From Bispira polyomma (Eukaryota), in the NCBI GenBank assembly GCA_965649765.1, contig OZ287756.1:64790001-64854000 (forward strand): DNA of 64,000 nt, read 5' to 3'. This document shows, in pieces, positions 1 to 13,330 of the stretch. A model generated the notes under the pieces. It did no database searches. It had not been told where the DNA came from and saw nothing but the letters and a program-made list of their open reading frames with translations. The position numbers were made by a program, and so were the translations under genes. Every line of letters starts with the position of its first letter. The stretch's first letter is position 1.

Positions 1-899
1 GACGTAAAAAAAATATATAAACTGACTTCTGCGTGGACTTTTACATCAAATATTTGCGAGAGCCCTGCGTGGTTAACATAGACTAACATCAATCCGGTGG
101 GACTGAGGTCTTAGGTGTCAGAGTGTCAAAAATAGAAAACAATTGTTTTCGATCGGTCCTGTGAGATTGTAATAGATCTAATGGATTCTTCCTTTGTTCC
201 ACTTTAATCAGTTCAGTTAGTATTTATACACATTGTTACGAAACCTTAACTAAAAGGTCTAAAACAAATACATTTACAAATAAACAAAAGTTCTTCACCA
301 CTTTTACCCTATAAAAAGATTATTCACTCAGTTAAACCGCTGTCTTTTTGTGTGGGTGTAATTGTAGTGACAAACTAACCAATGAACACAAGAGAAAGCA
401 TTACCTCCTTGGTTGATGTGATAAATTAATACAATTAATACATTTTCACAACTGCTGGTATTAAAAAAGAATTCCTACTCTTTGCACTAAAACATTTGAT
501 TGACTGGTCAAACTGTCTAAAGCAATCTCAATTAGCTCAAACTAAAACAGTTCTAAGATTGGCACTCTAATAATGATTTTGATTGTGGTCCCTGGTCTTT
601 GCAGACAAGAAATTGTTATACTTCTGCAAGGCAAGTCCCTGTGACTCACATGAGTACTGATTAATAAATCAATTATCTACCATTGTGGACTTAATGGGTA
701 ACACACTTGCCTAGAAACGAAGAGGACCTGGATTTGATTCAGGCATGTGACACCCAGGTTCAAGCAGATGCGTATGTATATAGGTGGTTTGGTTGAACAT
801 CTAAAATGGTGGTCATTTGTTGTATTGGTTCCATCGCGAGTTGCAGGCTAAATAACCTTGGTTAATATGGTGTCATTCTGAAATATCTTTAGTTAGGAA

Positions 900-1075
900 T
901 TTAGTTGGGGGTTCATGTCGCTTTCAACAGCTTAGGTCATAGAAAGATGGCCACTGTAAACTAACGACTTACAGAAAGTACCAGACAAACTTTCCCACAT
1001 AAAGAAACAAGCTTGATTCGAACCCACATTGATGAGAGGCCAGTGATCATGGAGCATTCACTTCTAACCACCTAT
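900..1075 (-). mobile_element. Degenerate tRNA-SINE
   Basis: Plus strand reads CTAACCAC, GAGAGGCCAGTGAT, TTCGAACCC and TTTCCCACATA, the reverse of the family head; tail TGTTGAAAGCGAC on the minus strand. Similar tails near 13055 and 20180. Confidence 0.6.
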
Positions 1076-1107
1076 ACTAGGGGAACATCAGTTACCGACG
1101 CTGGTAA

Positions 1108-1967
1108 AGGGGGGTTCCACATTCAAGTTTGATCGGCAAAATGGGCCCCATTTTAAAGTCGGGAAGATCGGGGCGAAAAAATCAATAAAATCTATTTTTG
1201 GTCGGGAAAATTCATATGTGGGGTGGCCTTCCCGATCGAACGAGACGCTGACCCCGATCTTACTTGAACCAGAATAGGATCAAACTTACTAGTGATAGGA
1301 TCTAAAATATCGCCCTAGGATCGAACGTATCACCAATAGGATCTGACAGATATAGATTCCAGACCATAAAGATCGAACGTAGAAAAGTCAAAGTAGGGAC
1401 TGTTATTGTATATAATACATATGACAAAATGAGATGACCTTATGAAATACAAGAAATAATACCTGTTTCAACCTCATTTTTTATGAAAGTTTGTTGTAAA
1501 TAACAGCAAATAATTTCTTCGTTCACGTACATGAACTGAACCGGAAGTGGGTTTGATGTTGCAAAGGTAAACAACTTTAAAACTTATTTATCGGGACTGC
1601 CAAAATGACAAACTAGGCTTAAAATATGTGTCTATATTCTTCCCGACAGTCCAGACCACCCCATTTTCGCCCCCCGACCTATACGTTTCGACAGGCCAGC
1701 GTTAGGACAAGCCGGGAGTCATATTAAGACCTATCAGACAAAACGTATCGCCAATAAGATTGAACTTATTTGCCGAAGCCTATACGTTTTTAGAGATCGG
1801 GGACACAAGTTGGGAGACTTTCAAAAATATCAAACTTTTTTGATATTCTTCCCAACCTTCCCGACCACCCCGTTTTCACCCCCGACCTATACGTTTTGCC
1901 GATTTTCCTGTTATCGATCACAAAGTCGGGAAGGTTGGGGACTAAATCCTGAATGTGGAACCCCTCT
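1108..1967. mobile_element. Non-autonomous TIR DNA transposon, Kolobok-like
   Basis: About 20-bp TIR AG(G/A)GGGGTTCCACATTCA(A/G)G, flanked by GTAA and TTAA; internal sub-repeats TAGGATC and CCCGACCTATACGTTT. Confidence 0.7.
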
Positions 1968-2153
1968 TTAAGCTGTACCTCGGCAGTCATGGAACGCTTA
2001 ATTGACGCTTCGAATGCAAGACAAAGGTACTCTTGTACCATAAATTTGAAAACAATTGTGTACATATTCCTTCAATTGTGTCCCAAATATCAAATTAAAC
2101 TTGCTTACAAAACTTGAGCCTTTAACAAAGGCTAGGAGATTGTGTACAACAAT

Positions 2154-2370
2154 AAACAAGAGTTGTCTTTTAAAAACAGACATAGGCGCACAGTGTGAAA
2201 TACACAAACGTTGATATGGCCACTTTATACTCAGGCAAATCTGACACCCCCTCAATTAGGACAGGTGGATTGCTTTCAACCAATACATGAATGTCTTACA
2301 TCTTTTTTTTCTAATCAATGGTGGCACCTTTTTCAGAATATAAAACAACATCAGGCTGCGCTTGATAAAA
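2154..2370 (+). repeat. Dispersed repeat, second copy at about 11158..11420
   Basis: AAACAAGAG(T/A)TGTCTTTTAAAA...ACGTTGATATGG...GGTGGCACC(C)TTTT...CAGG.TG.GC.TGATAAAA shared by both copies; the 3' part recurs near 11920..11963. Confidence 0.65.
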
Positions 2371-4913
2371 AGCAAGGCCGAGATCTATGTTATGGTAGTT
2401 TGATATGGCACTTGGTTCTCTGTGGGTCCTATGAAGGTTTTATAGCCTGGGGTGGGGCTATGGTACTTACTCAAATGTGTGAGTGGGTTGGCTCAAATAG
2501 TCTATAACCCTGATGATGGCTTGCTAAGCTCTGATTTACTTTCATGTATTGACTTGTTCCTAATAGGGGGTAAGAATCTTCTGAGATCCAATTTGTAACA
2601 CGATGTGGGAAAAATATATACCAAAGCAAATGTTATTGACCAAAAGTTTTTTTTAAACATAAAGTCATGCTTAAACTCAACTAACACATTTATTATAGAG
2701 TTCATTAACATTAATGGAAAAAACCAAGAACAAATTTACATTTGTTTTAACAGAGGTTTAGGATATGGCCAGGATATGTAGTGAGAATCCAGGCATATTT
2801 CCTGTAAACAAAGATACAGCAGCACATAATTTGTATGCTATTTTGAGTTTAAGTATGAAGACCTTTTTTGTAAAATATGTGTTCAGATGTGTAGGGGGGA
2901 TGGGTGATATATCATCTGATTTTATTAATATAAAGAAGTAAATTTACTGTTATATGAACTCCAGCAGTCCACTTTGGTCTTCCGGTGTAACTGTACACCA
3001 ACACTGTATATCTTCATGATACAGTAACACACTAATGTATATACCTTCTTAATATACTGTCTTTATATCTGCCTAGATATCTCTCACAGTTCACTATTTA
3101 GAACTCGCGGTCTCTATAATATTTATGTCCTTCAACATGGCTGTCAATACACGATCTGCCGTACTGCGCAGCTTTCCGTCGACCTTCACCTTTTACAGCC
3201 AAAGCGAGAGTTCTCCTCATCAAGATTAAGTTCTACGTAACTAGGAGATCACCCCAATACCTTGTTTTTATCTGCCATTTTGGCTATAAATATCAGATTT
3301 TGGGTGTGTTTTTTTGGGGGGGTGGGAAGATATACTGTAACTTTGGATAGGATATATATCAGTCAACACGTAGGGAACTATATGTGATTAATTTTTTTAA
3401 CATTTTTGGTATAAAAAATATTGACATTTGATCCCATGATTCAATAAAAACATCCATCTGACAGGTTTGAATATAGATAAGGTATATGCTACACAAAGTT
3501 CCCTTGACAAAACAGTGTCCGATATGTAAAACTTTGTGGGATAACCAATCATATGTACTGAAAATTGTCTTCTATAGTAACTCAGACAGAGATAGAGGGG
3601 ATCAATGCCTCTTTGACCTTAGAGTTTTTATTATTTTGAGAACATATCAACTGAGTACTTCCTTTTTCTTTATTGCTTCTCATCATTTTAATTGAAAATG
3701 GAGAGAAAATATGTTCTTCCAGACAATATTCCTCTAATTAATTGCTTTCCTGAAGAAAAAACACACCATTTCATGGTTATATTTTGTGCAATCGCAAACA
3801 TCGACTTTGCACAGCTGGGGAACTATTGCAGCAGAGATGATTTTTTCTTTAAGACAAGCATTTCCTCAAAATTTTCTTTTCACGAATTTGATTGATGTTT
3901 TTTTATTGTAAGGGGAAAACCTAAATTTACAATGTACTCTTACAACTATGCCAAGCCTAGCATGTTTCCATCTATTGAGTAAATTCTGCCATGTGGAAAT
4001 TTTAAACTTGAATTAAACACGCTAAATGTGAACAACTTATGTATGATACATCTCCAAAACCAAAAAAGATGATATGTATTATTACACTAAGGATATTACA
4101 ATGTTCTTGTTTTTGGCACTTGATGGTGAATATACAAATTTCTTTTATACCACCTAGCGGCCAAGCATGGTACCACAGTATCTTTTTAAACCTGGTGAAT
4201 CTTGTACTCAAACACACAAACTCAAAGACTGACATTTAAATTTCCAATCAAATTGCGGAGAAAAGGATCTGGTTTCGTTTAATTAAGAAATTCAAGCTGA
4301 TACATGATACCTGTAATAAAAGTAAGACTTCAGTGCGTTTTTTGTTTTCTGTTTCTTTTTTTCTTGTTATATGCATTGATATTATATATTCTCTGAGAAA
4401 ATTAATAACATTATTGTAACTCCCACAATACATATAACAAGTAACCTTTACCACTACCAGAGTGACTTTTAAACCTTCAAATAAATCTGTATATCCAAAT
4501 TAACCATTCAGACGTCGGCCGATTTGTGTGTGTCCGAGCCGATGTATTGCTTCCTTTCGTTAGATATGTAGTAAATATTTTAATATCAAATGCTTTTTCC
4601 CCTCCCTGTCAGATGAAATATGTTGACCCAACAGATGTCGCCCGACGTATAATCTGATCTGAGGCAAATATGATGAAAGGAAGCACTTGGTTATATTAAA
4701 TAATGACTTATAAAATCGACCTATATCGGCCGAAGTCGACCGAGAAAAACATGCTGAAAGGAAGCTTAGGCTAAGTGAATAATTGGTTTATGCATATTAC
4801 TATGTTTTCTTTTAACAATATGTTACAACTCCACATATGAAAATTGTTTTATTTTAATAATAGTTCCCCCTGTTGGAAAAAATGCCAAAACTGGGTATAC
4901 TACAGTATATCTA

Positions 4914-5145
4914 AAGCATTGCGCTTCACAATCACTGGTCTCTCACCTCTGGGCGGCGTGAGTCAGAATCCCGTCGATGCCTTTGTGGGAAAGTTGGTAG
5001 TTCCTTACTGTGGGCCGCTGGTTTCAGTGCAGAACCTTGACCGACTGTATGCAGCGTTTCCTCCAGCGTTTTCAACTACCCATCCCAATATAACATACTA
5101 AAATGTACTAGAGTGAACGTTAAATATCCAAATTTAAATTCAAAT
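4914..5145 (+). mobile_element. tRNA-derived SINE (family A), 5'-truncated copy
   Basis: Matches the other copies but lacks the A box. 13-bp TSD TACAGTATATCTA at 4901..4913 and 5146..5158. Confidence 0.9.
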
Positions 5146-5334
5146 TACAGTATATCTACCTTATACTGATTACCTCACTACTATATTGACCAAGCAGTTG
5201 TAGACCACTAACCAGAAATTTCATGTTTTAATTGGGTCACTTTGTGGAAAAGCATATTCTTTATATTTACAGCCTTCTTGTGTTCAAAGCTATCAAACTC
5301 AACCAACCTGCTTATTTGTCCTCACTCGTGAAGT

Positions 5335-5594
5335 GGGGGCCGCCATGGCCTAGTGGTTAGCAAGCATTGCGCTTCACAATCACTGGTCTCTCACCTCTGG
5401 GATCGGCTGGCGTGGGTTCGACTACCATCGATGCCTATGTGGGAAAGGGGGTAGTTCCTTACTGTGGGCCGCTGGTTTCAGTGCAGAATCTTGACCGACT
5501 GGATGCAGTGTTTCCTCCAGTGTTTCCAACTACCCGTCCCAATATAACTGATCTAAAGGTACTAGAGTGGACGTTAAAAATCCAAATTCAAAAT
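5335..5594 (+). mobile_element. tRNA-derived SINE (family A), full length
   Basis: A box TGGCCTAGTGG, B box GGTTCGACT, tail GGACGTTAAA..(CAAATT)n. TSD TCACTC(G/A)TGAAGT at 5322..5334 and 5595..5607. Confidence 0.9.
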
Positions 5595-6066
5595 TCACTC
5601 ATGAAGTCTAGTAGCCTTATTCAGGGAAACTGACTCTCCATTTCCTCAGCACGACCAAATAAGAAAATCGGCATGCATTGCTTTGCTGTCACAGCTCCTG
5701 TTGAATGGACAAGGATACAACCACGGGTTTTAGAAGCCATTTTAAAACATACCTTTTCAGAATGGCCAACACCGGCCCCCCCACCCTGCCTTCTCAGTTC
5801 AGGCTTCTCAGGTGGATCCTTTTTGGTAACAACCTTTTGGCTTACCCTTGCACCTTCTGTTTTAAATATTAGTGTCTTAGAGGATGTTCTGATCAAAGGC
5901 TTAAACATTATTATTATTATTTTGTTTCGGTCTTATATTTGTCAGGAAGTACGAGTACATTACATAGTAAATTATATACAATATAAATGTTTGAATCAGT
6001 TCCATATTGAATAAAACTGTTACACAAATATACATATTTTAAAATAGTTCCTATACAAATGAGACT

Positions 6067-6270
6067 GGGGGTCATCATAGCCTAGTGGTTAACAGTGCCT
6101 GTTTCATTATTACTGGCCTCTCACCAATGTCGGTTTAATTCCTTGCTTGTTCCTTTATGTGGGACAGTTTGTCGTAGAACCCTGGTTTTCAGGCCTTCAG
6201 CACGGGTTTCTTCTACCATTGAATCTTGATATGATCTAATCTGTTGACACAACTAAATTTAAATTCAAAT
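6067..6270 (+). mobile_element. Older related tRNA-SINE copy
   Basis: GGGGTCATCATAGCCTAGTGGTTA head, CTGGCCTCTCACC, TATGTGGGA and an AAATTCAAAT tail shared with family A. Confidence 0.65.
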
Positions 6271-8199
6271 ATAAATGAGATGATAAACATGAGTCTGAAT
6301 CAAGATTGGAAATCTTATTAACACCTTCAGTATAAGAAGAGTTACTGGGAATCTGATATTGTGTTAATAACATAGGAGGACAGATGTAAATGAGTAATAT
6401 AAAGGGAAACTCCCAGGAGTCTCTATCGAATATGGCATAAACAAATCAAAGCCGGTATTCTCCAAAAAGAACCCTAGCCTTTCAAAGCAAAAGGTTTTGT
6501 AATAACTCTTGCATGTCGACATAACCTATAACTTGTGACCATTCCTTTTAATAGAGCTTTCAGTGCTGAATCCAAATATACTGTCAGATTTGATGGTGTC
6601 TTGCCTTTTACCAGAGATGAGGATGACCCCTTAGATTAGAGCTTGGTGATGCTTGAGCTGTATTGAGAATATGACTTTCAGATAGCATCTGTACAAACCA
6701 GACGTGAAATGTCAGGGACATTGTGACAGGCGACAATAAGAGTGTTATTCCTTTACTTTATGGTCAGACTTGAACTCACATGATCCAAAACTTAAACTCA
6801 AAATTCCTGATAGCTCAGATGCAAAGATATCACACTATTTGTTTATGCTGAGCTCTCAAAGAAGAAACCTGAAAGATGTAGTATTGAGTTTAATGTTTTT
6901 TATAGAAACAAACATGTATTTCATTTATGATTCAAGTTTGTATTTGTTTTTTGTTTTTATTTAATATTTTTTTCAGTTTAAGTCAGAAATGCACAAAGCT
7001 CAAATATAAGCCAAACGATGTGACTGGATGTAATATTCCCATCATAAATGTTCTCGCCTTCCATATTTTGTATCTGATAAGATCAAGTAGGTTGACCTTT
7101 CTGAATTTATAGATGAAATAATACTTTCTCTCTAATTTGTGTTCCCACAATGTATTTTGTGTGAAACATTTTACAAAGTGTTTCTATTAATTTTTCTATG
7201 TCACATTTTTTTTATATTTCCCAGCAAATCCCTAAAATCTGAGTTTCATTTGTCTCTCGATATCTATAGACAATATGTGGGATTTGAGTGTCTGTAGTGA
7301 TAAAGTACCGCCCTTTTTGAAAGAGATCTGATATTGTTAAAGGTTCTAATTTATAAATTGTTGTCTCATCAAATGTTATTGGCTGTAAATATCGTTTCAG
7401 TAGGTCTGATTAGCTGAGACTAAGAAACTAGTCAATTAAGAAAAAAAATATATTTTAAGATATCTAAATCATAACGGACATTGGTATTTCGATTGATATA
7501 GCTGATGAGCAGCTTACTATTGGTTTATTATGAAAAATGTTCAGGAGAATATTGCTTAAAACTGTCACATTGCAAGAAACATTCTAAGAAACACGAGAAT
7601 ATGGCCCCTCAACTAAAACTCACTGGTATCTTTATTGGAGTATCTCTAAGGCTGAATTTCGTCACCACAAAATGCACAACAAATTAAGTCAATTAAATAC
7701 CGTTTCAATATGTTTTGAAGATTTTTAAAAATTACCAAAGAAAAAACATCATAACTCAGACTACACTAAGATTTAAAATTAAACCTATTCCAATGCTTTT
7801 ACATTAACTTAACAATATTTCTATATATATATGTTTTGATGAAACAAATTGAAATGATACATTATTTGACTAATACTAAACAGGCCCCTCCTCCTTTGAC
7901 TACATTAGTGTCAATCTCTTACCGACAGCCGCCATACTATTAATTATGAGGTATTTACAAAGACAACACGTCTTGCAAGGCAGTACACACCTGATGTGGC
8001 TGTTGATGTTAGATCCCTCTTTACTGTCAATTAGGTGGACATCAAAGCCGGTAAGGGTGCCACAAATTGACAGGCTTTTCTCTGATAATCACCAAAAGCA
8101 AAAATCTTGTAAGTCTTGGCCTGTACTTCAAAGACACACACAGTGGAGGAGACTGGTTTAAATGCAAGAAGAGGCTTACCCAGAGTATGACCCTTTGCA

Positions 8200-8833
8200 A
8201 TAATAAACTAAAAGGGTTTTCAGTTGAGCATACACATCTGCCATGGTGTACAACTGAAAATGCCAAAAACCTCGGTGTCACTTTTGACTCCGCCTTCTGG
8301 TTTGACACTTATATTGCCAACATCTGTCATTCCTGCTATTACCACATTCGTGAGATTAAAAGAACCTGTAACCACCTGTCGCAGGACACTGCTAAAACTG
8401 TGGCAAATGCCCTTGTAAGTAGTCGCATTGACTACGGCAACTTTTGTATGGAGTAAACCAGTCACATATTAAAAAGTCCATTCAAAATTACCAATGCAGG
8501 GTGATTTTTCACCTGGTTGGTTTCATCAACGTCACTACATACTTGAAACAACTACACTGGCTTCCCTTGCACAACATAATTTTGGTCAAAATTTACGTCA
8601 CCACATTCAAGACTGTATGTTCATTGCAGGTCCCTTGTTACGGAACAGTTTCCCAGTTGACATCAGATCATCAGATACACTATCCACCCTAATTTCGTTG
8701 TGTACACCCCCACATCTTTCCTTTTGACTTTTCTATGCCCATGGACTACACAATTGGATTACTGATTCTGCTGTTGAGCTTTAGAAGATGCCTAGCATCA
8801 ATAAAGCGCATAAAAATGCATAATAATAATAAT
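8200..8833 (+). mobile_element. L2/CR1-group LINE, 5'-truncated 3' fragment (RT C-terminus, 3'UTR, (TAA)n tail)
   Basis: NLGVTFDS...ICHSCYYHIREIKR..HLSQDTAKTVANALVSSRIDY and, after a frameshift, LKQLHWLP; both are typical of the L2 ORF2 C-terminus. Ends ATAAAGCGCATAAAAATGCA(TAA)4. Confidence 0.85.
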
Positions 8834-8929
8834 ATACAAAACAGCTACAAAACTTACTGAATTCCATTTTGGCCCCCATCTGTGAGGGATGCTAAGTTCT
8901 ATTATAAGTAGTTCAGTAGCTTTTTGTGT

Positions 8930-9460
8930 ACATTCTCCATTGCAGCCCCTTGTTATGTAACAGTCTCCCAGTTGACCTCAGATCACTAGAAACACTTAAA
9001 ACCTATCTGTTTAACTTTGCTTACTCAACTCAGTTCCCTTCTGTACACACACCTCAGATTTTTTTCTTACGACCTCACTCTGTCTATGGACTACACGATT
9101 GGCTCACCAATTCTATTGCTGCAGATGTCTAGCATCAATAAAACGTATTAAAAATGCATAATAATGATATTCTTGATTTAGAAAAAAACCCTACAACTTT
9201 AGACTCCGATGATAGTGTTTGGTTTTCTCTCTTCTACATTATCTCTAAGTAATTTTTTTATTGTATATTCAAATTGATACTTACCTCACTGTGTCTATGG
9301 ACCACATGTCTATAAATCGGCTCACCGATACTATTGTTGCACTTGAGAAGCCTAGCATCAATAGAAAAATGCATAATAACAATATTCTTGATAAAAAAGC
9401 AACCACAACTATAGACTCTGATGATTGTTTTGGTCTTCTCTCTTCTTCATCACCGGGTTA
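8930..9460 (+). repeat. Two further diverged copies of the L2 3' end
   Basis: CTATGGAC...CTAGCATCAATA...AAAATGCATAATAA recurs at about 9128..9170 and 9351..9383. Confidence 0.7.
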
Positions 9461-10607
9461 ATGGTCCTACTGTATATTCAAATGTGTATACTCGACACAT
9501 TTATCACCACTTATCTAGGCCCGTATGCTTGAACATATATTTAACTCAAATTCATACTCAACCTAAACCTGGATACAATAAACCTAAGTAAAATGTAACT
9601 CCATATTCGAATTCAGTATTAAGAGCTCTATTAAATGAATGGTCCCAAGTACAGGTTATTTCCGTGTGCTAAATTACCTTTTCTGAAGTCATTCCCCTGA
9701 CGGATGAGAGAGTTTTTGGGGATGACACCATTTATGAACGACCTTAGAGTCCTTTATCCCTGCCCCTACTGGGGATAAAGAACCCAGTGACAGAAGGATG
9801 ACAACTTTTTAAATTGATTATCCAATCCACTATAAATGTACATGTAGCTTGTAACACCAGACTAGGACAGAACCCAGGTCCTCTGCATCCATAATTGAGT
9901 GAGTGTTACCCACTGAACCACAGTGGCAAAGAGTGTGTTATATTTAATCTACTTACCCAGTAGTGCATTGTGTTTGTGAGACATCTTTGAATAAATGCTA
10001 CTACTTAATCATGTACTTCACAACAAAAAAAGGAGCACATATTCTTTAGAGAAAAAAGTTTATAATAAGTTGATAAAAGAAGCAGCACATATGGTCTCAG
10101 CAATGTTGTCACTACAAAACCGTTGTCCATTTATATAACACGCCCTTGAAATTCTAATTGGATCAGATTTGACTACAGCATGAAGCACTTAAGGGCCATT
10201 TTCTCCAAAGAAACCAGAGATCTCAAATCTCTCCTCAACTTTGTCTTGAAGGTCAAATTGGAGGTTATTATGAACAAAAATAGCCTGTAATTGTGTCTTT
10301 GAATGGAGCTTTTTAGTGTTGAATTCATACATAAAAGTCATATTTCTTTTAAACCTTAAAGTCAGGTATTACTTAATGTCAGATTGTTTCCCTTGAGTTA
10401 CATTTTTAACTTAAATTTTACTTACAATCAACTTTCTGCTGTGGTCATAGATATTGTAACCTGACCATTTGAGTTAAGTCACACAATCTAAGACAACACA
10501 AGAATTGCCAGAAATGGTAGATACATCACCTGAAATAAATAATGAAAAAATGATTTTCCATTTTATTTTTATTTTTTTTTTTTTTTTTTGGGGGGGGGGC
10601 TGCTGTT

Positions 10608-10776
10608 AACCCAATTGAGCACCTTTGGGTCGCCTTAGGCAATGTTCTTTAATCACTGGATGCAGAACCTTCAAATTTAATTGAACTGGAACAAGCTTTT
10701 ACAGAAAGAGTGGAGAACAATGCCTCGAAGAATGGCAGATGTTATGCAGTCCAGAGGCTTTTATTCAAAATGCTGA
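10608..10776 (+). pseudogene. Tc1/mariner transposase C-terminal remnant
   Basis: Reads NPIEHLWVALG, then EPSNLIELEQA, then QKEWRTMPRRMADVMQSRG across frameshifts; matches the Tc1 SPDLNPIEHLW...EW...MPRR...RG signature. Confidence 0.75.
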
Positions 10777-12419
10777 ACAAATTAACTGTAGTCAAATGTT
10801 TGCTAATTAAATTAAAATGTATTTTCATCAAAATATGTTCTAGTTTGTTTTCTTTTTAAAATTAAGGTTTAACAGTTATTAGCTTTAATTAACTTTTTAT
10901 TTGAAATCCTTTTAGTTAAGTTTAAGTGTGACAACTTCAATACAAAGAATATTTGGAAATGCCTGAAAATCATGAACCAACATGACATATACCTAGCTAA
11001 CTTATTATTTCTATTTTTAAAGAATCAGAGGAAGTTTATCCACCCATGTTCAGCAACCCAATAAAAGCCAGAGATTTAAAATAAAGTTCCTCTTTTGTTC
11101 CTGCCCTAGTGTATGTTTTCCATAGGTGGATCAGTTTCCATATTATGAACCCAAACAAAACAAGAGATGTCTTTTAAAAGAATACACAGGCACACAGTGT
11201 ACGATACTCTGACGTTGATATGGGCCACTATATACTGACACACCCTTGGCACCCACCTACAAATATAAATTTGAGCCCCCCTCAGTTTGAATGGGTCAAC
11301 TGCTTCCAATAAATCCAATGAAGAAGGCCTGACATATTATTTCTAAGATGGTGGTGCCCTTTCTTAAATGGTGGCACCCTTTTCGGAATGAAAATCATAT
11401 CAGGATGTGCCTGATAAAAGAAATCAACAACCCTATTGTAATCACAGAGGATTGGGGAGAAGCCTTGTTAGCACATTAGCTTTTATGGAGAACTAAAAAA
11501 ACCTTACAACTAGATACCCATTAGAAGGAAACCCTATCCACTTGTTTCAGAGGTTTGCTATATTCAAGTCTCCATTAAGCAATCAAAAGCTTAATAACGT
11601 CCCACTTAGCCTCGATTCTACAGCACTTACAGGCAGATTACTGCTCCAAACAGAAGGGTAGGGGGGCACTCATTTTAGAATTGGGTAAATATCCCATTCT
11701 GGACAATTTACAAATGAGTTACATCATTTGAAATTCTGCAATAACCCACTTATTACAATGGAAAGGAAAGTGGAAGTTGAAAGGGAAAGGCGGGTTTATT
11801 TTTCTGTTTTGGTTTGGGGCACAGGTCAAGGGATCATCTATTATAATATGGAGCGGATGCCGGTAGAGCCGCAGAAACAGGATGTTATTTTTTTTCATTT
11901 TTTAGCACTGTTGCTGATTTCCCTTTTTAAGAATGAAAACAACATTTGGCTGTGCCTGATAAAACACACTATGTCCAACTTTTATCCTATCTGCCATCAG
12001 CAGCTTAGCTGGTTCCCGGATATTTTGACAAATTGATAAGTATCTCAGTGATTGATGTGACCCACAGGGGACCAGTTGATCAGGTGAAAGTAAACCCGAT
12101 ATATATATATATATATATGTGGCACATATGAGTCAGTAGAATGTATCTATATAGTCATTGATCAATTACTTACACTTACACAACTATTACAGCCTAGTTT
12201 GCAATGCTTTTGTTTCATTTGTGTAATGCAGTTGTTTGTTTTCTGCCCCCCCCCCCCCCTCTACTCCGCATCCTCCTCCCCCTCTATCCATATGCATTTA
12301 ATTTGTCCTAAATGACCAGCCATTTGACACAGTAGTTTGGCCACATTTTGTTTATGTGCTATCAACCATCGAATAACTTAGGGGTTAGTATTCTGAAAAC
12401 AATTACCCTGGTAAAATTG

Positions 12420-12672
12420 GGGCCGTGGTGGCCTAGTGGTTAGCAAGCATTGCGCTTCACAATCACTGGTCTCTCACCTCTGGGCGGCGTGAGTTCGAAT
12501 CCCGTCGATGCCTATGTGGGAAAGGTGGTAGTTCCTTACTGTGGGCTGCTGGTTTCAGTGGAGAACCTTGATCAACTGTATGCAGTGTTTCCTCCAGCGT
12601 TTCCAACTACCCGTCCCAATGCAACCAAAACAGGTACTAGAGTGCAAGTTAAATATCTAAATTAAAAAAAAA
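12420..12672 (+). mobile_element. tRNA-derived SINE (family A), full length
   Basis: A box TGGCCTAGTGG, B box GTTCGAATCC. Perfect 12-bp TSD CTGGTAAAATTG at 12408..12419 and 12673..12684. Confidence 0.92.
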
Positions 12673-13330
12673 CTGGTAAAATTGCAGCTGTTTAGGATTG
12701 GATGGTTTCAATTATATGTTACAGATAGTTGAATTACCCTATATATTAGTTGAATGTCATTGTTATATAGATTATAACTAAATGTGTGATTGACACACAG
12801 CTTCAAATGAAACATGCACAATAATGATACATGTAAAACAAATATAACACACACGTCAGTGACATTCATGACAAAAGGGGAAACATTAAAAAAGCAGTTG
12901 CAATTTATTCATGGTTTTGATGTTGCTTCCAACATTTACACAATGACAAGGTAATTTATTAGTGGGAAACTAATGCTGTATTTTACCTAAAGCCACAAAA
13001 GATTCATAATAATAGTGAAAACGGTAAAAGCTTAGGGTTTTGTAGTTTAGTTGGGGTTTTCACATTGCTTTCAACAATTACATAATGATATATTTTAATG
13101 ACTTTTAATAGTGGAGAACACCAGTACAAGTTAGCTGGTTTATACCACCCTGTATTGTTAGCCACTGTACTGCTGCAAGTCTACTGCCAAACTTTCCCAC
13201 CAGAACCAAGAAACCTCCCTGCAAAAAAGCAACTACTACACATTTCACAGGCGGATCCACCCCTCCCAACCCAACCACCCCCTGCCTCCTCTTAAAGCAT
13301 TTTTTATATGCATCAAACGTGAATTATCAA

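Noticed and set aside
4844-5633. Recurring ORFs MRFTITGLSPLGG... (also 12450..12665 and 51903..52085) as a small-protein family
   Set aside because: They are translations of SINE copies with TTG starts, variable stops and TSDs.
12420-12505. tRNA gene (A and B boxes, CTTCA suggesting a Sec anticodon)
   Set aside because: No cloverleaf or closing acceptor stem; it is the head of a multi-copy SINE.
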